From: Acidimicrobiia bacterium
GTDB lineage: Bacteria; Actinomycetota; Acidimicrobiia; Acidimicrobiales; Aldehydirespiratoraceae
DNA: 41,917 nt
Direction of reading: 5' to 3'
Assembly: GCA_021296315.1 (NCBI GenBank)
Contig: JAGWAO010000009.1
Span: 1,976-43,892, forward strand
Shown here piece by piece: positions 36,354 through 41,917 of the stretch (its first letter is position 1; every line of letters begins with the position of its first letter). Position numbers and translations under genes: made by a program. The notes under the pieces were generated by a model. It saw only the letters and a list, made by a program, of their open reading frames with translations, did no database searches and had not been told where the DNA came from.

Positions 36354-36501
36354 CCAGAGGCCGAGCCGACCGGTGCGAACCACCGGCAATCGCCGCGCGA
36401 CGCGAGGCCGTGGCCCGAGCGGCCCGTGAGCGAAGCGAACAAGAGCGGGAATTGCAACGCCGCACGGCAAGGCGACGGCGCTCCATTCAAGCTCGCATTA
36501 G
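36354..36501 (+). repeat. Dispersed element, copy F
   Basis: ccagaggccgagc 36354-36366; core 36402-36451 identical to consensus; TTAG 36498-36501. Confidence 0.9.
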
Positions 36502-36539
36502 GGGGCCATGGCCCTCCACCGGTAGCCTGACTAGTCGCA

Positions 36540-36613
36540 CGGGACGTGGCGCAGCCAGGTAGCGCACCTGCTTTGGGAGCAGGGGGTCGCCGGTTCAAAT
36601 CCGGCCGTCCCGC
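36540..36613 (+). tRNA. tRNA-Pro (TGG)
   Basis: Acceptor CGGGACG/CGTCCCG, D-arm GCGC/GCGC, anticodon arm CCTGC-TTTGGGA-GCAGG, T-arm GCCGG-TTCAAAT-CCGGC; CCA not encoded. Confidence 0.95.
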
Positions 36614-36666
36614 ACGAAGCCCAACGCCGGGCCGATCCGATAGAGCGATATGTAGCGCCCGAGTCG

Positions 36667-38160
36667 TTGGAGGACGCCTTGGCCGTGCTCGCCGAGCGCG
36701 GCCCCTCGGCCCGCGCCATCGCCGGCGGCACCGACCTGCTGCTGGAACTCAGCCGGGGCGCGAGGACCGGCATCGACACACTCGTCGATCTGAGCGTGCT
36801 CGACGGGCTCGACACCATCACCGAGCACCGCGGGCGGGTCGAGCTGGGGCCCCTCGTCACCCACGGCGACGTAGTCGGATTCCGGCGGATGCTGTCGGTG
36901 GGGCTCCCTCTCGCGCAGGCCTGCCTGGAAGTCGGGGGTCCGCAGCTTCGCAACCGGGCCACGATCGTCGGCAACATCGTCACCGCCAGCCCCGCCAACG
37001 ACACCATCTCCGCGCTGTACGCGCTCGGCGCCGACGTGACCGTCTCGTCGGCCGGAGACGGCCACCGGACCATGCCGATCGAGGACTTCTTCACCGGTTT
37101 CCGCACCACCGCGCTGGAGCCGGGCGAACTCGTGACCAGGATCTCTTTCGACGCGCTCGGCGGGGGTCGCCGGGGTGTATTCGTGAAGCTCGGGCTGCGA
37201 AGGGCGCAGGCCATCTCTGTGGTCCACGCGGCCGCGGTCGTCACCGAAGGCAGCGACGGCACCGTGGCCGACCTGGTGGTGGCCCTGGGCAGTGTCGGCC
37301 CGACCATCGAACTGGTGGACGCGGCCGCCGGCATCGCTAGGGGCCGGCTCCTCGCCGACGCGGCCGCCGAGGTCGCGGCCGCGTCCCGGGCAGCGGTCAC
37401 CCCCATCGACGACCTGCGCTCCACAGCCGAGTACCGCAGCCGCACCACTGAAGTGGTGGTGGAGAGGGCACTGCGCTCCCTGGCGGCCGGCACCGAGGCC
37501 GCCACCTGGCCCCAGAGCCCTCCCCGCCTGGTCCGCGTCCCGGATTCCCCGACACGTTCGGTGACCGAGGAGCCCTCCCGGCGGGAGGTCACCGACGCCA
37601 GCACCATCACCGCCACTGTCAACGGCGTCGGGCGCAGCGCGGCCAATGCCGCGGGCCGCACGCTGCTCGACTGGCTGCGGTTCGACCTCGGGCTGACCGG
37701 CACCAAGGAGGGCTGCGCCGAGGGCGAGTGCGGCGCCTGCACCGTCCACCTCGACGGCCGGGCCGTGCTGTCGTGCCTGGTGCCCGCCGCCCGTGCCGAC
37801 GGCTCGAGCATCACCACCGTCGAGGGCCTCGCCCCGCCCGACGGGAGCCTGCACCCAGTCCAGCAGGCCCTGGCCGACTGCGGGGGCGTCCAGTGCGGCT
37901 TCTGCACCCCGGGGTTCGTGATGAGCGCGGCCATGCTGGCTGGCGAGGAGCCCCACCCGAGCCGTGACCAGGTGGAGCACGGCCTGGCCGGGAACCTGTG
38001 CCGCTGCACGGGGTACTACTCGATCATCGACGCCCTCGCCAGCAACGGCCGGACATCCCGCACCGCTGAGGCCACGCCCCCAACTGGCAGCCACGAGCGC
38101 CCAAACGGGAGCCCACCGCTGCCAATTCCATCCGGCGACTCCGGAGCGTCCGCGCCGTGA
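36667..38160 (+). CDS. Xanthine dehydrogenase-family FAD-binding subunit fused to a C-terminal 2x[2Fe-2S] subunit
   Basis: IAGGTDL, QLRNRATIVGN, PIDDLRSTAEYR; then GTKEGCAEGECGAC, QCGFCTPG, GNLCRCTGY. Homology appears to extend 5' to about 36640. Confidence 0.92.
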   Translation: MEDALAVLAERGPSARAIAGGTDLLLELSRGARTGIDTLVDLSVLDGLDTITEHRGRVELGPLVTHGDVVGFRRMLSVGLPLAQACLEVGGPQLRNRATIVGNIVTASPANDTISALYALGADVTVSSAGDGHRTMPIEDFFTGFRTTALEPGELVTRISFDALGGGRRGVFVKLGLRRAQAISVVHAAAVVTEGSDGTVADLVVALGSVGPTIELVDAAAGIARGRLLADAAAEVAAASRAAVTPIDDLRSTAEYRSRTTEVVVERALRSLAAGTEAATWPQSPPRLVRVPDSPTRSVTEEPSRREVTDASTITATVNGVGRSAANAAGRTLLDWLRFDLGLTGTKEGCAEGECGACTVHLDGRAVLSCLVPAARADGSSITTVEGLAPPDGSLHPVQQALADCGGVQCGFCTPGFVMSAAMLAGEEPHPSRDQVEHGLAGNLCRCTGYYSIIDALASNGRTSRTAEATPPTGSHERPNGSPPLPIPSGDSGASAP

Positions 38161-40400
38161 GCGTCGGCGCCTCCCCGGCCCGCATCGACGCGCCCGCCAA
38201 GCTCACAGGCGAGGCCGAGTACCCGAGCGACCGGATCCCGCCTGACGCGCTGTGGGCCATGGCGGTGTTCACCGACCAGCCCCACGCCCGCCTGACCGGC
38301 CTCGATTTCTCGCCCGCGGAGGCCGTCGCGGGAGTGGTCGCCGTGTTCGGCTCGGCCGACTTGCCCGTGAACGAGTTCGGCCTCACCATGGCCGACCATC
38401 CTGTGTTCGTCGGCCTCGAGCACACCGGCCGCAGCCCCCTGCCCTGCGATGTGTCCCGCTGGGAGGCGGACCGGCTGGCGCTGGTCGTGGCCGAGACGCC
38501 GGACGCAGCCCGGGCGGGGGCGGCCGCCATCGAGGCGCAGTGGGAACCGTTGCCGGTCCTGGCCGACATCGACGACTCGCTGTCCTCGGAGACGATGATC
38601 CACCCCGAGAACGGGGAGCCCTCCAACGCCTACTACTCGCTGCGCATCCGCAAAGGTGACATGGCCCAGGGCTGGGCCGACGCCGATGTCGTGGTGGAGT
38701 CCACCTACGAGTTCCCCTACCAGGAGCACGCCTACCTGCAGCCCGAGGCGGGCATGGCCTACATCGACGGTGAGGGCCGGGTGACGGTCGAGGTCGCGGG
38801 CCAGTGGACCCACGAGGACCAGGAGCAGATCGCCCACGCCCTCGACCTGCCGGCCGAACGGGTCCGGGTGATCTATCCGGCCATCGGCGGTGCCTTCGGC
38901 GGGCGCGAGGACATATCGGTTCAGATCGTGCTGGCCCTGGCCGCCATGATGCTGCACGACAGTGGCATCGACCGTCCGGTGGCCACCGTGTGGTCGCGGG
39001 AGGAGTCGATCGTCGGGCACGCCAAGCGACACCGGGGCCGGATAGTGGCCCGCTGGGGCGCCCGCCGCGACGGCCGCATCACCGCGGTGAGCAGCACGGC
39101 CTGGCTCGACGCGGGCGCCTACAACTTCACCTCCAACAAGGTGCTCGGCAACTGCCACCTGCACCAGGCCGGCCCCTACGAGGTGCCCAACGCCGAGATC
39201 GACAGCATCGCGGTGTACACCAACGCCACTCCCGCGGGCGCTTTCCGGGGCTTCGGCGCCCCCCAGGCCGCCTTCGCAGCCGAGAGCCAGATCAACAAGC
39301 TGGCCGACGCGCTGGGGATGGACCCGGTGGAGATCCGCCGCATCAACACGCTGCGCGACGGCAGCATCGGAATCACACAGACGGCCATGCCCGACGGTGT
39401 GACCATGCCCGAGGTGATCGACCGCTGCGCCGAGGCCGCGGCGGAGCCCGCCTCCAACGGCGGCGGCGCCGACTTCAGCCCGTTCCCGTCGCTGCCGCCG
39501 GATCCGTCGGCGCTGCGCCGAGGCAAGGGCTTCGCCTGCTCGTTCAAGAACGTCGGGTTCTCGTTCGGCTACCCCGAGCGCTGCGAAGCCGAGATAGTTC
39601 TCCATGGCAACCAGGACTCCGACGAGCCCGAGCGAGCCGAGCTGTACCACGCCGGCGCCGAGGTCGGTCAGGGTGCCCACACCGCGCTGGTGCAGATGGC
39701 CGCCGAAGCCACCGGGCTGCCCGCAGGCCGCATCGAGCACCGTTTCTCCGACACGGCCACCTCCGGCGACGCCGGCTCGGCCTCGGCGTCGAGGCTCACA
39801 TGGATGTCGGGCAACGCAATCCTGGGCGCGGCAGAAGAGGCCGAGAAGGCCTGGCGGGACGGCCAGCGCCCGGCCGTGGGCCGCTTCCGCTTCGTGCCAC
39901 CCCCCACCGAGACGCTCGACCCCGTCGACGGGCACTGCGTCCCCAACTTCAGCTACGGGTACGTGGCCCAGCACGTGGAGTTGACGGTGGACACCGGCAC
40001 CGGTCACGTCCGGGTCGACCGGGTGGTCAGTGCCCACGACGTGGGCCGGGCCATCAATCCCCAACTGGTGATGGGCCAGATCGAGGGTGCGGTCATCCAG
40101 GCCCACGGCTACGCGCTGAGCGAGAACCTCCGATCGGACGGCGGCCGCCTCCAGAACATGCGCCTCAGCACGTACCTGATGCCCGGCATCGGAGATATCC
40201 CCACCACCGTCGACAGCGTGGTGCTGGAGCTGGCCGACCCCCTCGGCCCGTGGGGCGCCCGGGGCATGGCCGAGATGGGCATGATCCCCTACGCCCCCGC
40301 GGTGGTGGCCGCCCTGCACGACGCCACCGGCGTCTGGTTCGACGACTTCCCCCTCACCCCCGACCGCGTCCTGGCCGGCCTTCGCCAAGCCGATGGGTAG
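38157..40400 (+). CDS. Xanthine dehydrogenase-family molybdopterin-binding subunit
   Basis: QEHAYLQPE, IGGAFGGRED, GAFRGFG, EVGQG, SASR, GQIEG, GARGMAE. Confidence 0.93.
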   Translation: MSVGASPARIDAPAKLTGEAEYPSDRIPPDALWAMAVFTDQPHARLTGLDFSPAEAVAGVVAVFGSADLPVNEFGLTMADHPVFVGLEHTGRSPLPCDVSRWEADRLALVVAETPDAARAGAAAIEAQWEPLPVLADIDDSLSSETMIHPENGEPSNAYYSLRIRKGDMAQGWADADVVVESTYEFPYQEHAYLQPEAGMAYIDGEGRVTVEVAGQWTHEDQEQIAHALDLPAERVRVIYPAIGGAFGGREDISVQIVLALAAMMLHDSGIDRPVATVWSREESIVGHAKRHRGRIVARWGARRDGRITAVSSTAWLDAGAYNFTSNKVLGNCHLHQAGPYEVPNAEIDSIAVYTNATPAGAFRGFGAPQAAFAAESQINKLADALGMDPVEIRRINTLRDGSIGITQTAMPDGVTMPEVIDRCAEAAAEPASNGGGADFSPFPSLPPDPSALRRGKGFACSFKNVGFSFGYPERCEAEIVLHGNQDSDEPERAELYHAGAEVGQGAHTALVQMAAEATGLPAGRIEHRFSDTATSGDAGSASASRLTWMSGNAILGAAEEAEKAWRDGQRPAVGRFRFVPPPTETLDPVDGHCVPNFSYGYVAQHVELTVDTGTGHVRVDRVVSAHDVGRAINPQLVMGQIEGAVIQAHGYALSENLRSDGGRLQNMRLSTYLMPGIGDIPTTVDSVVLELADPLGPWGARGMAEMGMIPYAPAVVAALHDATGVWFDDFPLTPDRVLAGLRQADG

Positions 40401-40409
40401 GCGACGCGG

Positions 40410-40979
40410 CTAGCTCGGCCAGGCGGCGGTGAGGCGTTCCCAGCAGTCCTGGAGGCTTTGGGGCAGGACCCTCACGTCGGCGATGGCGGTCATGAAGTTG
40501 GTGTCGGAGCGCCAGCGGGGCAGCACGTGGATGTGGACGTGGTCGTAGACGCTGGGACCGGCTCCCTCGCCGAGGTTGACGCCGACGTTCACCCCGTCGG
40601 GCGAGAACGCCGCCTTGACCGCGGCCACCGCGTCGTGGACGGTGTCCCAGAGCTCGCGGCGCTCGTCGAGGTCCAGGCCCTCCAGGTCGGGAACAGCCCG
40701 GTAGGGCAGTATCAGCAAATGGCCCGTGGAGTACGGGTAGCGGTTCAAGATGGCGAAGACCAGCTCGCCGCGGTGCACGATGTGGGTCTTGTGGTCGGGC
40801 AGGCTCGAGTTGAGGATGGCTTCGAACAGGCTCTGGCCCTCACCGTCGTCGGGGCCGGTTCCGGCTCCGGGGACCGTGCCCGGGATGGTGCCGGAAGAGT
40901 CCGCGATCCCGGCGGCAGCCGCCTCCCGGTCCTCCATCATGGCGGGGATCCGCCATCCGGCCCAGAGGCGCTCGACCAT
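40410..40979 (-). CDS. HIT domain protein (Rv2613c/Ap4A phosphorylase-like)
   Basis: MVERLWAGWR, LNRYPYSTGHL, NVGVNLG, HVHIHVLPRW..DTNFM; lies downstream of thrS. ATG 40979. Confidence 0.92.
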   Translation of the reverse strand: MVERLWAGWRIPAMMEDREAAAAGIADSSGTIPGTVPGAGTGPDDGEGQSLFEAILNSSLPDHKTHIVHRGELVFAILNRYPYSTGHLLILPYRAVPDLEGLDLDERRELWDTVHDAVAAVKAAFSPDGVNVGVNLGEGAGPSVYDHVHIHVLPRWRSDTNFMTAIADVRVLPQSLQDCWERLTAAWPS

Positions 40980-41097
40980 GTCAGCTCCGAGCCCCCGTGC
41001 AACCCGGCTGAAGCCCGCCGTGCTCGACCATGTCAGCTCCGAGCCCCCGTGCAACCCGGCTGAAGCCCGCCGTGCTCGACCATGTCAGCTCCGAGCC
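40970..41097 (-). repeat. 52-bp tandem repeat (about 2.5 copies), MIRU/VNTR-like; each full unit is a 16-aa mini-ORF
   Basis: Units 40970-41021, 41022-41073 and partial 41074-41097, identical over their overlap. Confidence 0.95.
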
Positions 41098-41917
41098 TCG
41101 ACCTCGGCCGCTAAGCGAGCCGCGAACGCCTCCAGCGGCACGTCGCGTTCGGGGCGCTTGGCGCCACGGGCGTTGACCCCCACCGTGCCGCCGGCGACAT
41201 CGTCGTCGCCCACCACCAAGACGTAGGGGACCTTGGCTACCTTGGCATTGCGGACCCGCTTGCCCAGGGGCTCCTCCGCGGGGCTCGTCTCCACCCTGAA
41301 ACCCCGAGAACGCAGCGTGCCGGCCACCTCTACGGCATAGTCGGCATGGGCGGCGGCGACGGGCAGCACCTGGGCCTGCACCGGTGCCAGCCAGGCGGGG
41401 AATGCGCCGGCGTAGTGCTCGACCAGCAACCCGAAGAAGCGCTCCACCGCACCGAACAGCGCCCGATGGATCATCACGGGACGAGGCCGGGAACCGTCGG
41501 CGGCCACATACTCCAGCCCGAAGCGCTCCGGCAGGTTGAAGTCAAGCTGGATAGTTGACAGCTGCCACGACCGTCCGATGGCGTCGCGCACGTCAACGTC
41601 GATCTTGGGGCCGTAGAAGGCGCCGGCTCCCTCGTCGATCTCGTAGGCGAGCCCGTTGGTGTCCAGCGCAGCCCGCAGCCCGGCGGTGGCCTCGTCCCAC
41701 AGCGCCGGCTCCCCCACTGACTTGTCGGTGGGGCGGGTGGAGAGTTTGGCCACGAAGTCCGTGAAGCCGAAGGCCCGCAGCACGCTCAACACGAACTCAA
41801 GCAGCGAGGCCAGTTCCGCGGCGATGTCGTCGCGGGTACAGAAGATGTGGCTGTCGTCCTGGGTGAACCCTCGGCTGCGGAGCAGGCCGTGCACCGCGCC
41901 CGACAACTCGTAGCGGT
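41085..41917 (-). CDS. thrS: Threonine--tRNA ligase, 5' end outside window
   Basis: RYELSGAVHGLLRSRGFTQDDSHIFC, GAFYGPKID, WQLSTIQLDFNLPERF, MIHRALFG, FPAWLAPVQ. Confidence 0.98.
   Translation of the reverse strand, partial: RYELSGAVHGLLRSRGFTQDDSHIFCTRDDIAAELASLLEFVLSVLRAFGFTDFVAKLSTRPTDKSVGEPALWDEATAGLRAALDTNGLAYEIDEGAGAFYGPKIDVDVRDAIGRSWQLSTIQLDFNLPERFGLEYVAADGSRPRPVMIHRALFGAVERFFGLLVEHYAGAFPAWLAPVQAQVLPVAAAHADYAVEVAGTLRSRGFRVETSPAEEPLGKRVRNAKVAKVPYVLVVGDDDVAGGTVGVNARGAKRPERDVPLEAFAARLAAEVEARS

Noticed and set aside
624-36501. Dispersed element as a guide-RNA or mini-CRISPR repeat-spacer system
   Set aside because: The variable arms retain residual mutual similarity (e.g. g.tagg.gcgaa.c and cgagac), consistent with divergence from one ancestor rather than independently acquired spacers. 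Copies are solitary and no effector is nearby. Not fully excluded without genome-wide data.
36540-40400. Genomic island integrated at tRNA-Pro
   Set aside because: No integrase, no duplicated tRNA 3' end found, and no obvious compositional shift.
38157-40400. Aerobic CO dehydrogenase (coxL)
   Set aside because: The active-site loop is AFRGFG, not the form I AYxCSFR motif.
40970-41097. CRISPR array
   Set aside because: The would-be spacers are identical, the repeat overlaps coding ends, and no cas genes are present.

Overview
High-GC (roughly 70%, estimated by eye) actinobacterial chromosome segment. CarD, a thrS-HIT pair, LLM enzymes, paired acyl-CoA dehydrogenases and Pro/Glu-linker lipoproteins suggest Acidimicrobiia; the taxonomy is inference. 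There are about 37 CDS and one tRNA-Pro(TGG), mostly catabolic. (i) 2.1-10.3 kb: a GntR-associated cluster of enamidase-like hydrolase, LLM oxidoreductase, NMT1/THI5-type ABC importer, DUF1185 protein and a ThDP enzyme. (ii) CoA-transferase, thiolase, SDR and acyl-CoA dehydrogenase genes. (iii) 21.5-40.4 kb: a purine-catabolic region with a Rieske-less NdmC-like N-demethylase, three ADA-family deaminases (one disrupted), 8-oxoguanine-like and MTA/SAH-like deaminases, a BMP nucleoside ABC importer and a xanthine dehydrogenase-family enzyme. The most striking non-coding signal is a ~142-154 bp dispersed element present six times. It has a near-invariant 50-bp core containing a GCGNAGC mini-hairpin, diverged arms and CTAG-like ends. 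It is sense-oriented in all four co-directional gene junctions and overlaps gene termini. There are also MIRU-like duplications of gene junctions that encode short relay mini-ORFs. No transposase, integrase or CRISPR array is visible. All family assignments are from motif recognition, not database searches.
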